Below are positions 12,473 to 25,225 of a DNA stretch of 64,000 bases, piece by piece (position 1 is the first letter of the stretch; the number at the start of each line of letters is the position of its first letter). Where the stretch lies: contig CAJINV010000008.1 in the NCBI GenBank assembly GCA_905178155.1, positions 2,795,303-2,859,302 of the forward strand, given 5' to 3'. This stretch comes from Amoebophrya sp. A120. Taxonomy: Eukaryota; Protista; Dinoflagellata. Position numbers and translations under genes: made by a program. The notes beneath the pieces are model-generated. The model was not told the DNA's origin and did no database searches. It worked only from the letters and a program-made list of their open reading frames with translations.

Positions 12473-14035
12473 TCAGCCGCAGCAGCCACGTTCTTTCGAA
12501 ATACGTTCTTGCGAAACCCCAGAAGTAAGTACCTCCGATGATCCCATTTTCTGCAACACCTTCCTCGCCCCACTTCGGCTACAATTCAGGTTGAAGCCAC
12601 GTCTCTGCCGATTCGACCCACGTCTCTGCCGATTCGACGGAGACCAAGTCGGTCCGGTAGAGCTTCTGCAGCTCATGTCGCTCGAGTTGTACATGGAAGA
12701 ATCATCGCAAGTGCGCGGAACAATAGCAACCACTCGGTCCTTTTGCTTCATCGCGAGCCGCCGAGCGGTCGTCGGCCCGTCTCTTGATAATGCGAAGCTG
12801 AAACTTGGTTTTCTTGTAGTCTTCCGCGGCGTGTGAGTAGAAGCCGAATCTCTTTCAAAATCTTGAAAACCCTCGACCACGTCTGGGGCCGAGCAGTCAT
12901 TGGCGGTTCCCGTCCCCCAGACTGGGCCGACAGCCACAGCTACACGCTCATCTTGATTCCCCGCAGCAGGAGCCTTCTGGTCTTTCAAACTCGGAAAGAA
13001 ATTCTTCAGGTGCGGTGCGGCAGAAGAAACAACTTTCTCTGTAATATGGCAGGGCTGTGCCTGTGTTGATATCGGTAGCGCGGATGGCACCGGTGCAGGT
13101 GGTAATTGCGGAGATCCCTCATTGCAGCAACGTCTCTGGTGCTGGTCGCACTGAAAACTACAACTCGACCTCCCGCCCGCCGGACTTGGCCCACTCGCAG
13201 CGGAAAAAACCGCTGCTACAGGAGTGCCAGTGGGTTGCAGCTCCATTATTATACTAGAAGCGGGCACTACAAAATTCTCGTTGGTCCTCCCACGACATAA
13301 CGCTCTTTTCGACAACGATGGCGCTAACCCTACTTGGATTGGCTCGACGGGAACGCGGACGCTCTCCGCAGGAGCAGCAGCCTCGCTATTATCTTTTGTT
13401 GAAAAACATTCAAGACGTCGTGGCTGCACCAGCGCGGGTGTGCAAAAACCGTCTGCACTGCTAGGCTTCACATTCCTCTGTCCAGCTGCTGTCGGGGGTC
13501 CTCCGTTTTTTGCACCAACTGCACCACCAACCCGCCCAGATGGAAGGTTTTTACCCTTCATCCCCGCGGTCGACAGGTGCTGCTGCTCGACCTGCTCCCG
13601 GTACAGCTGCAAATTTATCTGCAGCTGCTGCGCCGTATTGTACTGGTGCCAGTACTTTTTGCTTTTCATCTGCGTCCCGCGCAGCGCAGGACGAACGAGC
13701 GGTCTATTGCTCGTGCTGTGGAAGTCCCCGCTTTCATGAAGTCTTGCCCCACCGCCGGCGGGGGGCGGCTGCAGTGGTACTCCGGGTCGTTGTTGATGCG
13801 GCAGCTGTACCGAACTCGGACTGCCGTCTGGATCGTGCCGGTCACCGTTGCCGCCTAGCTCGAGTGGCTCGAAACTCACAAACTCGCGGCACATGTGCTC
13901 GAAACTCACAAACTCGCGGCACATGTAGGTAGGAAACACAGCGGCCGGTTGCTTTGTGCATGATGCGGATGACACGCTAGTAGTTCTACGGTGCAAGGTC
14001 TCTATCGTAAAATGAGAAACACACGACCCGATCAT
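12473..14035 (-). CDS. Hypothetical P/Q/S-rich protein exon
   Basis: 520-aa ORF without a recognisable domain; contains exact in-frame tandem duplications. Confidence 0.4.
   Translation of the reverse strand: MIGSCVSHFTIETLHRRTTSVSSASCTKQPAAVFPTYMCREFVSFEHMCREFVSFEPLELGGNGDRHDPDGSPSSVQLPHQQRPGVPLQPPPAGGGARLHESGDFHSTSNRPLVRPALRGTQMKSKKYWHQYNTAQQLQINLQLYREQVEQQHLSTAGMKGKNLPSGRVGGAVGAKNGGPPTAAGQRNVKPSSADGFCTPALVQPRRLECFSTKDNSEAAAPAESVRVPVEPIQVGLAPSLSKRALCRGRTNENFVVPASSIIMELQPTGTPVAAVFSAASGPSPAGGRSSCSFQCDQHQRRCCNEGSPQLPPAPVPSALPISTQAQPCHITEKVVSSAAPHLKNFFPSLKDQKAPAAGNQDERVAVAVGPVWGTGTANDCSAPDVVEGFQDFERDSASTHTPRKTTRKPSFSFALSRDGPTTARRLAMKQKDRVVAIVPRTCDDSSMYNSSDMSCRSSTGPTWSPSNRQRRGSNRQRRGFNLNCSRSGARKVLQKMGSSEVLTSGVSQERISKERGCCG
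12599..12638. repeat. Exact 21-bp tandem duplication (cacgtctctgccgattcgac x2)
   Basis: Read directly; encodes SNRQRRG x2 on the minus strand. Confidence 0.85.
13867..13926. repeat. Exact 30-bp tandem duplication (gctcgaaactcacaaactcgcggcacatgt x2)
   Basis: Read directly; encodes MCREFVSFE x2 on the minus strand. Confidence 0.85.
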
Positions 14036-14169
14036 GATGATGATGAGAGATCACGAAGACGAAAGCGAAAATGAACGACAAAAACGCAAGATGAGATGAC
14101 TAGAAATGCTTTATTAGTAGTAGCTCATTCCTCCGGCTTGACAAGCTTCCAAATTCCTGCAGATACACA

Positions 14170-14913
14170 TCAATACCCGGACCTAAAAAATAGCAGCAAC
14201 TTCATCCTTTCTTCATGCCAAAGTACTGAAACGAGACTCACAGCAGGCCAGCTATAATTTCCATCATAAAGTGGCTCGAAAGAATTCTGTCGCCCCTGTT
14301 CAACCGCTCCGGGAAGCAGACCCAATTTGCTGAAAATCGGCTTCCCCAACGGCATCCCCGGGGGACAACGACAACCTGCAGTCTTCAACAATGCATTACA
14401 ACTCGCGCTAGTAGTATTCGGAGGCGGTGTCGTCCTCACCGGTGTCGGCAGCAGAGAGAGGCACGCCGGCGCAAAATTCTTCTCACAAGCCACGACACTT
14501 GTTCTTTTCGTTTGCAGCACATCACGACTAGCAGGATGCAAGGTCGCACCTTCCGTGCAGCTCCCGAACGTGGTCGTAGGAAGACCTCCGGACGAGGCGG
14601 TGGAGGACACTACAGCACCGCCCGGAGCGACTGGCGCACTTTTCTCGTCTGGTGGGAGATGAACAACGGGTGGCAACGTGCACGTAGAGACGCAACAGGC
14701 GGCGTCCTCCAACAGGTTCGTGTCTAGTTCCAAGAGCGGCCAGAGGCTCACCGGCTTCTCCATGGCGCACATGCGGCAAAACCGGTTCTTGCCGAACTGG
14801 TAGTCTCCACAGTAGGGGCAGTACCAGTCGCATCGTCGGTAAAAGCGTCCCCGCCCCAGGTTTGTCACGAAAAACACCAGCGCAACACACTTTGCCTCCT
14901 CCTTTGCAACCAA
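14170..14913 (-). CDS. Exon with RanBP2-type zinc finger
   Basis: DWYCPYCGDYQFGKNRFCRMC matches W-x-C-x2-C-x10-C-x2-C; exon boundaries uncertain. Confidence 0.6.
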   Translation of the reverse strand: MVAKEEAKCVALVFFVTNLGRGRFYRRCDWYCPYCGDYQFGKNRFCRMCAMEKPVSLWPLLELDTNLLEDAACCVSTCTLPPVVHLPPDEKSAPVAPGGAVVSSTASSGGLPTTTFGSCTEGATLHPASRDVLQTKRTSVVACEKNFAPACLSLLPTPVRTTPPPNTTSASCNALLKTAGCRCPPGMPLGKPIFSKLGLLPGAVEQGRQNSFEPLYDGNYSWPAVSLVSVLWHEERMKLLLFFRSGY

Positions 14914-14930
14914 AAGCGTAGCACACTTCT

Positions 14931-14955
14931 ATCATCATCATCATCATCATCATCA
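14931..14955. repeat. (ATC)n microsatellite
   Basis: About 8 ATC units. Confidence 0.8.
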
Positions 14956-16639
14956 GCGAGCACTAGGTCTTTCAACCCAACCTCCCAATTTTCCGGGCGG
15001 CAGGCGTTCCCGTTACTAACTTTGCCTCACCAGATTTGTCAGGCAGGGGCGCGTGCCCCATTTGCGCCTCCAGACGTTTCTCATGTGCAGCTCCACCAGG
15101 AGCATAGTAATCTAGTGCCGTTTTGGACTTTGATGTCAAGCCATAATCAGGATAACGTGATCGATTTGCGATCTGGCTGCACTAGCGAACCACGACTACA
15201 CTGGGAGCCCAAGCCTGGTGTCATGCGTAACGGCTAAACATTATCGTCGATTTGCGTAGCATAGTGTAGTAGTTCTCCTCTTGCCTACTGATGAAGCGGG
15301 GACGTAGTTCTTACTGAGAATAAGTCGCCCGGCCGCGTCATTCCCGGCCGCACGTTGCTCTTCTTGTTCCGCATGGTGTTCCCCTAGCTCTAGAAGGGTC
15401 GCACCAATCTCGCCGGATATATGACACCCCTTGGTCAAGATGTTGCGCTACCCGATCAATGCATATCAAGCAGAGTTGTAGATCACAAACAGTTCGGCCG
15501 TGCGCAGCCGATTGCGCACTTCGCTTGATGACATGAAAAGTCGCATGTTTATATTTTTAAACAGAAACCTCGAGCATCGTCTTCAACGGATTTACTACTA
15601 CTGGACTTTGTACCGAAGCGATCATGTAGAGCAGCTTGTGCCTTACAAGTGAAGCTTTGAGCTCACAAATAATTATAAATATAAATCGAAAAGATTTTTT
15701 GAAGCAAGGGTAAAGAGAAAAAACACAAGAAAGGAAAACAGCCTGGCTGTTGCTAACGCCGTCACTGCGACGACGAATGCGAGAACTGCGCTCCATCACC
15801 TCGTCCAGAAGTGTAAGCCAACCCCTGTGATAGAAAGGGACACAACTACGTAGAAAAACCCTATTGTCTGACAAAGTCATGAAGAATACAACTACCGAGA
15901 AACAGAAGGAGCAAGCAACAGCAAAACACAAACCAGGAGCATTTTTTCTCTTTTCAACGCCACGGATCTGATGAAAATGGACCAAGACGATTCAGCAGTT
16001 ACCGGATCGCCCTTTTTCATTTTGTCGTTGAGCCAAGTGCTGGAAAAACGTGATGAAGTGTGCATGTTCGTTTTCTTCGGTGATCCTTGTGGCGACGATG
16101 CACTTCTTTTGTATACGTAATAGATACTTTGGTCTTGACCTCCCTCAGGTGTGTATTTCTTTTGCCATCTTTTCTCTCAGGCTGGGGAAGGATAAGTTGA
16201 ACAACAACAAAAGACCAACCATGCCTCACGAATCCACCGAATACCAGAGGGCGGTAACATTGTACCACTTTGGCCTTTCCGTCGCAGCAACGAACCTTGG
16301 CGAATAATCGCTTCGTCAGAGCCTACAACTATTACGCGTTTTTACTGCTAAACAGCCTCCAACGGCGTTTGTTATAACAAGGAAATATGTCGTCGGGGGC
16401 TGTTCACTGTTGAACGTGAAAGGGGGGTACTACTATAGCAACGTGATGTAAAAAACCACAATACTTCGGCTTTCCACATTGTTCTCTTTTCGGGGTAGAA
16501 CCAAGTGACCAAGGCCATGTGCTCGTCGCCAACTGTCAATAAAATTACACTTCTAAATACGATGCTTGTGCTTTATTCCCAAAAACGTAGTGCCGTATGA
16601 TCTGCGAGCACTTCTGGCTCATACACAAAAACCACACTT

Positions 16640-19600
16640 CTATATGAAGATAAACACAATCGCGGTGACGAACTGGCGAAAGGCGCCTCGGAGGTCCTCA
16701 CAGGCCAGGTAGCTCTCGAACACCGAGCCGAGCAAAAACGCCAGCCAGAGGTTGAGCAGCCCGCCGTTGGCCGCGTTCAGGTTGAAGTAGAGCAGGAGCC
16801 CGACCTGCACCAGACCGGCCAGCCCCAGGGTGAGCCTCGTCCCCACGCGGAGAAACCGCCTCGACGCGGTCCCGCTCCGCGCCGCCCGCTTGTGGAAGAC
16901 CTTCGACCCCTGGAGCGCGCGGTGGATCCACTGCAGCGCGGAGAGCAGGGGGAGGACCAGGAGAAACGCCTTGACGGTAACCGAAAAGTACTTTGCGTAC
17001 CCCTCGTCCTGCGTGATGTGGCGGTAGAACCCGCCGCCGCAGTCGCCGATGTCCTTCTCCGCGTTGGTCAGAAGCGCGTCCACGGACTATTACAATGAAA
17101 AATGCCCCCTACCCCTGAACTTGGGAGCATTTGTATTGCAAACCTTTCCAAGTGAAACATTCGCCCTCTTGCATCTATCAGCATCACAGGTCTACGGTCG
17201 TGAATTATACCAAAAATTTGTATTGCAAAAGACACCAGCAAGAGCGGCGCCTGTCATGCAAGCGATGCGATACAAGACTAGATTCTGCATCCGAAAGGTT
17301 CATACTCCATTCATGCATGCCAGAAAGTTTTCATTTGGAAACTTCGCATCACAATGTTTTGCAACTTTGGGTTTGGGGGTGGGGGCATTTTTCCTCACAA
17401 TACGGACTGGAACCGCAGGTTCAAGTCGGCCTGCAGCTGCTCCCAGAACTGCGTCCACCCGTTCACCGTTCCCGGGATCCAACTGGTCTCCTCGTCGGTG
17501 AGAAAGGGGAGCGTGGTCAACAGGCGCAACCCCATGCCGCTCGCGAAGCTGTTGCAGAACTGCGGCTCGTTGCCGTTCCGGGACTATCAAATGTAAATAG
17601 GTTGGGGTGGGGCAACATGCAACCTGGTGCTGCTGACGCAACATCCTGTACTAGGTGGCACCAAAATTATTTGTGTTGCATGACTGCCAAAAGTTTTTGC
17701 CCAGTTTCGAACAAGTTGAGACGAGACCACTTCTCAAGATGCAGCATAGGCATGCTAAAGAACTTACAGAATGTGTCATGCAGCTAGGCCGTCCTTGCGG
17801 CGCATTGAAAAACGGCATGGCATCCGTTGCAATCTTCCAGACCCAATCATATTTGCAATGGATAGGGACAGGGAAGCGACGAAAGCGCCCAGCATGACCA
17901 TGTTCAGGATGGAGACCATGTCTTTGAAGCCCCAGTTCCACTGGAGCAGCAGCACTGCGTTCTCCTTGTCCGCGTGCGCTTCGACCTATATTAGGTTCAC
18001 CGATTTGGTCGTGCGAGCATCGCCAGAAGTTTGATGTTGTGCTTGTGGTGCAATTTTTGTGAAGCATATTAGGCTATAGGCAGCGGCAGCGCCCATAAGA
18101 GCAATTTTTCTCCTTTCACATGATAGACATGCATCAAACGGAGATGCGCGTGGGCACCATGCGTGTGTGACAGACGTCAAATAATAGCAGGCTGCATGAT
18201 GCGAGCGAAGCACGCACAACTTTTCAGCAAATCCCGACATATTTGCAATGCATATGGGCCTCGCAGTTGGAGTCACTGGACGTGCACTTGATGAAGGGGA
18301 AGGAGAGACGCAATAAAGCAGGAGAAGCAATAAATGTAGTAGCCTCTTCCAACTGTCTACTCGAAAGAGCTATGAAGAAAAGGCAAGAGACAATATTACC
18401 TGCTCTGGACTTACGCCGAGCATGGTGTGCAGGAAGCCGAAGACCAAACACAACAAGTGGTGCGTTTCGTAGTTCAGCTGGGGCACGCAGGACCGGAGGA
18501 ACTGGGAAATGACGATGCTGGATATTATCCCGTTCCACACCTGCCCGGTGCAGATCAGCATGAGTAGGGGTATGATCGGTTTCGTTAGGGGAAGCAAGAT
18601 GTCGAACTGCGTCGCCGTTGCCACGTCGAGTCTCGCTTTGTTGGGATAGTCCGCTTTCAGCCGGAGAATCTCCATCGTCGTCTATCAAACTGAAAAGTGC
18701 AGACACCTACCGTTGTCCTGGGAAGTGATAAAAATTTCTGCGGCAAACTTCTGACTACGTCCCACACACGCATTAACCTCCTGTTACGGCAATGCCGGTG
18801 GGCGTCGTGGGGCTCGATAATCTAATATTCTGATGCAAAATTTCCGAATGAAAACTTTCTGACTCTCTTATCGGACCACGAGTCTAGCAGGTTCTAGACG
18901 CTCGACGCATCTTCCAGAAAAAGCACTGCTGCTGCTGGGCTTTTGCTATTCTGCAAGAAAAACTTGTGCCGCTGATTCTTCCGCTGGAACAAAGTTTTGC
19001 AATTTAGTCCAAATATTTCCTCCTTCTGTGGTAGGGGCACTTTTCACGTTGATATCGTCAGTGTCGACCGGGGGATGATGACCGCCTGGGGCATGGGCTG
19101 TCCGTCGGGACCCACGAGAACCATCGGTGGCTGTTGTGGCGATATCGCGGGGGATTCCAGCTGTGTTGCGGGGTCGCCGGGGGGGCCTGTTAAGATGTGG
19201 AAGCGTGAGCATCAAGAAGATCATCATGTTTTGCATTATTTCCACAGGATCTTGCTGACGACCCGTGTATGAAGATGAAAGAAAATACAGCAGTTAATTA
19301 TGGAGAGAACAATGCACACACGGCGCTATACGGAACGCATCATTTCCCAGACTGTAATGATGAAGCAGATACCTGCGACCTCCGGTTCCACTGTCTCCTC
19401 TGTTGTTCTTACTTTTATCCTCTTTCTTATCGTCGTATCCACTTCTGCCTGCAGATGCCTGGTGCTCCTTTTTACTTTCGTCATCTCCGTTTGTTCTACC
19501 TCACCATCCTTCTTCTTCTTCTTGTCGGCCTTCGAAGCGGGGCTACCGCGGGGCGAGACGTTGTCCTCCTTCGAGTCCTCTTCTTTTTGCTTCGAGAGCC

Positions 19601-21919
19601 CTCGGAGCTCTTCGGTGAAGACCCACACCCGCAAAAACGGCAAGGAAAAAAACCGCAGGAGGGTCGGCAGTGGCCGCGAGATGGTTGCGCCGACGATGTA
19701 GAGGGGCAGGGCAAAACCTGAGGATCAAGGGATTTTTGCGGTCGTACGCGTCGACATCTTCGAGTAGATCGAAATGCTATATAAACTAAGTAACTTCCTC
19801 CCGAACGGTGCAAGTATCGGATTGCGCAAGCAAAAAATCATCCAGAAGAAGCAGCCGGCAACGTATTAAAAGTCTCACAACTTCTACCTGCGCTCACGCC
19901 CCAGGAAAACAGCTCTTTCAGCATTCGATACAGGAAAATAAACCAAAAGGACAGCGCCACAGTCGTGAGAAAACCCGCCTCGAAGGTGATCAGCTGTTTT
20001 TAATTATTGCAAGTAGATACTTCTTCCACGACTCTCTTCCAATTAGTTGCTGTACTGATGAAATTATTGTCGGTATTTCTAAAATACAATGACGGTCGGC
20101 ATTTCTGATACAATGATTGTCGGCATTTCTGATAAGTAGGTAGAAAATCAAAACCGCGCTAGTGTTTCCCGCCAGGTACGTTTCCTGTTCCCAACACTGG
20201 CGCGCATGGCCGAACCGCAGCAGGTTGTAACCCCGCGGAAAATTATATGAGCGTGCGAACACTTATGGCAAAGATATATACCGAGTAGAGAAACGCTTTC
20301 GTCGCCTCGTATATCTCCTCGACCGCCTGGTAGCTTGCGAACGCCTTCCACAACTCTCCCCAGTTGGTCGCGTCCAGATCTTCGCACCTTGCCTCCATTA
20401 CAACGTCCTCCTCGTCCGGTAGGGGTGGTAGCTTTTCCTTCTTTCGCTTTTTGTTCTTCCGCTCCCGTCGCAACTGCCGCCGCTTCTCCCCTATGCATTG
20501 CAAATACCGATCCGGGTCTGGATTCGCACCAAGGTGCGAGATTTCAAATAAACGTGGGGGCGCAACAAAAATAGAATTGGTGTAGAATTGTTCTTCGCAT
20601 GCGGTGAAGCTGCGTTTGTCATGCGGTGGACTTGGAATATCCGGCCCGAAAAACGTGTTTCGCGCGGCCTCATCCAGATGACCCAGACATAATATGCAAT
20701 GGATAACCTTGATCTCCAAAAACCGCACAAGCTTGTCGCGCGCGTCCGTGTGCCGGTTGAACAACGTTTGCCCTACCCGCTCCTCGCTGCTGGTCGGCTG
20801 TCGCTTTAGCGTCGACCGCAGGCGGTCGGGGTGGGTGCACAGGGAGATGGTCCGGAACGCGCGCTTTATGGAAGTGGTGGTGAACGTGGTCGGAAGCCCG
20901 AGAACGCTGCAAGGACTCTCGTGATACCTGTCGGGGTTTTTCAAGATCATGCTATCTTTGTTTAGTAGTATAAAACACAGGTTCCTGGTGTGCGCAAAAG
21001 GAACATGATCAGGACTATGCTTACAACTAAACAGCCTCCTCTTGCCGACGTCCTCTTCGCTGGTGGTGCTCCAGAAATTAGACCGCGTTATTTCGCTTTT
21101 CTACGTAAACGGATAGAAAATCTTTTTACCTCCATCGCACGTCGGAGAAGAAGTACACGGTGCCGACGAGAATGACCCACCACGGCAGCGGTCGCCAAGG
21201 AAAGAACCTCTGTTGCAGCCTTCTTAGAAAATTCCCACTGGGCTGCTGCACTACTGGAGGCACTGCTCCCGGGGGCCCTGCAGGCTGGTGTCCTTCGGGA
21301 GGCGTAGCTGCAGAAGAACTGTTCACGACCGCCGCGGCCGGAGCTGCGCCGTGGCTCGCCTCGTCGTTTGGCGTGGCGGACTATCAAATGCAAAAATGTC
21401 TGGGTCTGGAATGTAATGCGTATTTCAGAACACAGAAAAGTCTCTCATGCATACGCAGCAAAAGCTGCCCACTTTCTGTCAGCAAAATAGGGGACTTGTC
21501 ATGCGGATTCGGCATCGCGGAAGCTTCTCGAAACCTGTGATGCTAGAGCTTCCATGCCAGACCTTCTGTGTCATGCAAAAACAGCATGACTCTTCCAGAC
21601 CCAGACATTTTTACACTTGATACGGACGACCCGCTGCAACTCGCGGACGACGCACTCCGCGACCGGGAAGGGTCGGGAGTCGCTCCTCTAGTCTATCGCA
21701 AGAAAAAAGTGTTACAGTTACACATCGTGTTGCAGGCCAAGCAAGACAGACAAGCTCTGTCATGCCGGATATGCATAGGAGCCTCGTTTCATAGGTGTTT
21801 TCCCGTAGGATTTCTGCATTACCAGTTTTCTCTCTCATGCAGAGAGATTTGTGTTGCTGAATTGACTACAAATGTGTAACTGTAACACTTTTTTCCTTGG
21901 ATATAGTCGTTCCCGTCAT
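16640..21919 (-). CDS. Multi-exon DnaJ (J-domain) multi-pass membrane protein
   Basis: J domain SPCSVLGL...IKRAFRTISLCTHPDR (20710-20950) plus several hydrophobic segments. Six introners give in-frame joins (GTTRGAT, SSSATPN, EIK-EKRR, STLTTMEIL, ASLSRNGN, RFQSVDAL). GT-AG introns also present (e.g. ~21129-20953). The 5' end and junctions at 18.0-18.4 and 19.7-20.3 kb are unresolved. Confidence 0.75.
17088..17402. mobile_element. Introner (family C), 315 bp
   Basis: Ends tattacaatgaaaaatgccccc / gggggcatttttcctcacaata; DR cggac. Highly similar along its length to 34199-34504. Confidence 0.93.
17585..17864. mobile_element. Introner (diverged family A), 280 bp
   Basis: Ends tatcaaatgtaaataggttgggg / ttccagacccaatcatatttgcaatggata; DR gggac. 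Confidence 0.85.
18683..19054. mobile_element. Introner (family C-like), 372 bp
   Basis: Ends tatcaaactgaaaagtgc / gcacttttcacgttgata; DR tcgtc. Confidence 0.87.
20492..20705. mobile_element. Introner (family A), 214 bp, with decayed DR, read through by the ORF
   Basis: Ends tatgcattgcaaataccgatccgggtctgga / tccagatgacccagacataatatgcaatggata; sense flanks aaggt/gggga; 214+5=219 nt keeps the frame. Confidence 0.75.
21382..21622. mobile_element. Introner (family A), 241 bp
   Basis: Ends tatcaaatgcaaaaatgtctgggtctggaa / ttccagacccagacatttttacacttgata; DR cggac. Confidence 0.93.
21694..21903. mobile_element. Introner (singleton TIR), 210 bp
   Basis: Ends tatcgcaagaaaaaagtgttacagttacacat / atgtgtaactgtaacacttttttccttggata; DR tagtc. 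Confidence 0.9.
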
Positions 21920-23009
21920 CTGTAACCCCTTCTTGCGCGGTAGGGTCCAGCCGCACTCTGCGTCGATAGCAATACTTCACCTGGCCACGGGAAGGCGTAC
22001 TTCTAGCTGGACAAGCACACGACCAGCAGCGGGTGGATTTGTCTTACTGATACTGTTTGTGCCACCAGTCCCAGTTAGGAGGTACTCCCGGCCCATCGAG
22101 GTGTTGAGTTCATCTGGGGCGAATATCTTCGTCGCAAAACTAGTCCCGGCTGGTGTACAGGGTTCCTTTACGACGACCTCCCGGAGCACTAGCAGACAAA
22201 CTTCCGCGCGGCCGCGACATTCCCCTTAGGCGCGCTTTCTTGTGGCACATGGGCCGGAAAATAACCGTTCATGTAGTACAAGCAGGATGCCTAGTTCTCA
22301 AGCGAAGTGGACAACGAGATAAACAAAATGAATTAGAGCCAGGTTTAGGTTGCTTCTTTAAAGGAAATAACATCCCGGTAAAAAAAAAACGGAAAAATAG
22401 TGTTGCTGGTAGAACGATCTTGGCTTGAAATAAATTTGCTTGTCCTCGTATCGTCAAGTGAAAAAGAAAATTTAGAAAATAATTTATTTGAGCAGTGAGG
22501 TGGGAGTGCGAAAAGTTGACCACAGTGGCCAAAGTCTTGCAGTGAACCAAACGTGATCTCCGGTTGAGCATTTGACAGTCTGATCTTCCAGCGCGTTGCA
22601 AAATATCCGATGTTCAGCAGGCGCATGGTGACTCCTCCAAATCATCAGTGCTACAATTATTGAGTCTGCAATCGTTCTCTAGACAAACTAACAGATCACC
22701 AATAACCGCATAGAAACCATCGTGGTACTGATCTTGAATCGTGAAAACGGACTAACGGAAAGGGCTCGCCGGATCGTGAAACCGAAATTTTTAGTGTATG
22801 TAGAGAAAAACACCAGTGACAGACCGCAAACGCGCGCATCCAAGATGGCGGGGCATGAACAAGGAATTTCCAAGGAAGGAAAAACAGCAACCGGACCCGA
22901 CAACCGCTGACTGACCTCACTTTGTGACGCAGTGAGTAAGTCTCAAGACCATTTTTACGACATGCCTCCTGCTAAAAAAACCGCAAAGAACTAGAACTAC
23001 CGGGTTATT

Positions 23010-23768
23010 TTACGCATTTCGATTTCCTCGAAAGGAAACAGGTTCGACCACATCGCACATTGTTAGTTCCGCGAACAATCGTTCGCTTGACCTACGTCGT
23101 GATGTTTTGCGTTCTAAGAACATAAACTCCGCCGCACGCTGGTACAATCTCAAGCGGTCGCTTTGTTTCTCTTCGCAGTATACCTTCCTCGCCCTCCTCT
23201 CGCTGTTATTGCTGCCGTTCTTCATCCCCGAAGGCGCGCTCATTCTTACGCGTCGCAAGCGGCAAGTTCTGCTGTCACCGCAGGCGGTGCGATTGTGGTG
23301 CGGGTACGGTAGGGCAGCGAAGAGAAGGTATCCAGCAGTGCCATCCACTCGTCTACTACTCGGATTTACGATCCTCACCAATGGAATAGCGTCGACTCGA
23401 GCACGATGACCACCGGCCGAGATCAACATCTTCGGCGTTTCCCCGTCAAAAGACGGCCGGGGGTGTCCCAGCGAGGACAATGCTTCGTCGGTCCTCGTTG
23501 TTGCGTTGTCCTGTTCGTCGCCCACAAACAAGAACGAAGTTGTGCCCCCCGTCGCCGCGGCGCTCGCCAGGGCCTTGTCTTCCTCGTACAGGGCCGACAC
23601 GGTGGGCATGATGTCCAGTTTGCACACCGCTCGGAGTGAATGGTAGGCCCAGAAGTTGAAGGCGCACAGTGTGACGGCCCCGGACACCAACTGGTACACG
23701 CGCACCCGCGCCTCGGGGCAGCCCGGGTGCGTCACCTCCGCGTAGCGGCCACCCATCCCCGCGATCAC
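23010..23768 (-). CDS. Hypothetical protein (possible TM segment)
   Basis: 252-aa ORF whose 5' half has GC3-rich coding-like codons (YQLVSGAVTLCAFNFWAYH); no domain recognised. Confidence 0.4.
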   Translation of the reverse strand: MIAGMGGRYAEVTHPGCPEARVRVYQLVSGAVTLCAFNFWAYHSLRAVCKLDIMPTVSALYEEDKALASAAATGGTTSFLFVGDEQDNATTRTDEALSSLGHPRPSFDGETPKMLISAGGHRARVDAIPLVRIVNPSSRRVDGTAGYLLFAALPYPHHNRTACGDSRTCRLRRVRMSAPSGMKNGSNNSERRARKVYCEEKQSDRLRLYQRAAEFMFLERKTSRRRSSERLFAELTMCDVVEPVSFRGNRNA

Positions 23769-25225
23769 GTAGGCCGCGTATCCGACAAACGCGGTGGGTA
23801 TGCCATGCGAAAAAAATGCGAAAACAACGAACTCGCCCTGATCCGGCAGTCGAACAGACCTGGTCGACCGGGGCTTCGGGTCCTGGTGCTTTGGAGGAGC
23901 AGTCTAGTAATCAACACTTGTACAACGTGCACTGGTGTCAAGACCGAAGGACCAAGCGCAATAAGAAAATAAATGAGAATGCAACTACGCGACACGAGGA
24001 AACATTATCCGTTGTTGTATTGTCGAGTTGATTCCCCCGCACCCATGCCTTCCAAAAAGGACCCGAGCCGGTTGGTTGGCATGCACAAACAATCTACGAA
24101 TCAAAAGCAGTAGTTGTCAACTGCAAGCGACGTCGCTCCTTTCGTACCCTGGAGGCCGACGCAGTCCAGCACGTGATAGGGGAAGAAGTACGTAATCGGC
24201 CAATTGATCATGATTCGGCGGGGGCCCCGTGCTAAGGATAAGCCAATTCTGCTATGACGATTCCTTTATTTTTAACAAGACTTCTGTAGGTTTTCTCTTA
24301 ATATCGAGTGGTCCGCGTTCTAAAAACAGCTGCGGTTGAACAGATAACAAATACGCATGCGGGCTGTCGCATGCATCACGCGAGCCGAACTTGTGCATTC
24401 TGTGCGAGGGGGTCGTACACGAATACGAAAGACGAACGACCAGGGCGCTCGCGATTCTATCATTCTTGTTTAGTTTATGTGTAAGCTCGATGGCAGTTGG
24501 TGCAATTCAACGAGGTTTTATTTCTTCGACGAAAGCAGCGACAAACCACGAGAAGCGAACTTTCTATTTTTCGAGTCGCCGTCTGTGGCGAAGTGCGGCG
24601 GCGTAAATTTGCGGTGCACTTCCGCAAGATAAAAACACGGCTTGGTCTCGAAAACGGCTGCAGTTGTCAAACAGGACGAAGAGCGAACACGTATGCAAAA
24701 ACTGACGAAGGAGCCTATTTTTTAGTACAAGCTTCTGCGAACACAAAGCAGAGTTGTAGAGCTTGCGTTCACCGCCACGACTCACTTCCGTTCGGAGCAA
24801 GCTACTGCTCTGGTTCCTAAGATCGCCTTTCGGTTCGCGTACCGTGCCGCTTTCCGGCTCGCGTCGCAATAGGCGTTTTCCGCGGAGAATTCTCCCGAGT
24901 GTTCGGCGTCCACGCGGGCCCGGGTAGCATCAAACAACACCGCTTTCGCCGCGGGGAGCAGCGTCATCTGAAGCCTAGGGTGACGCTCCAAACTCTTTGT
25001 CACGAAGACTGCGGGCGCGACCTTGCTCATGTGGTGCTGCGCGCCGCTTTGGGATTCCGAACTCGTGCCTTCGCGGCTGGGTCGCCCCATGAATCCACGA
25101 GGGCCCGGGTCTGACGTAGTAGCTGAGAGCAGCAAGCCCCGCACTATCGGAGACGAGCGCGCGCGGCCGACGCCGCGGATTGCTCTATGCCGGGCACCGG
25201 ACGACCGGGCGCGGGCACCGGACGG

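Noticed and set aside
15464-15530. Short inverted repeat tatcaagc...gcttgatg as a possible introner
   Set aside because: No direct repeat, weak TIR and no supported host exon.
20060-20135. ~24-bp imperfect tandem repeat (gtcggcatttctgatacaatga)
   Set aside because: A local slippage duplication, probably intronic, with no further structure.
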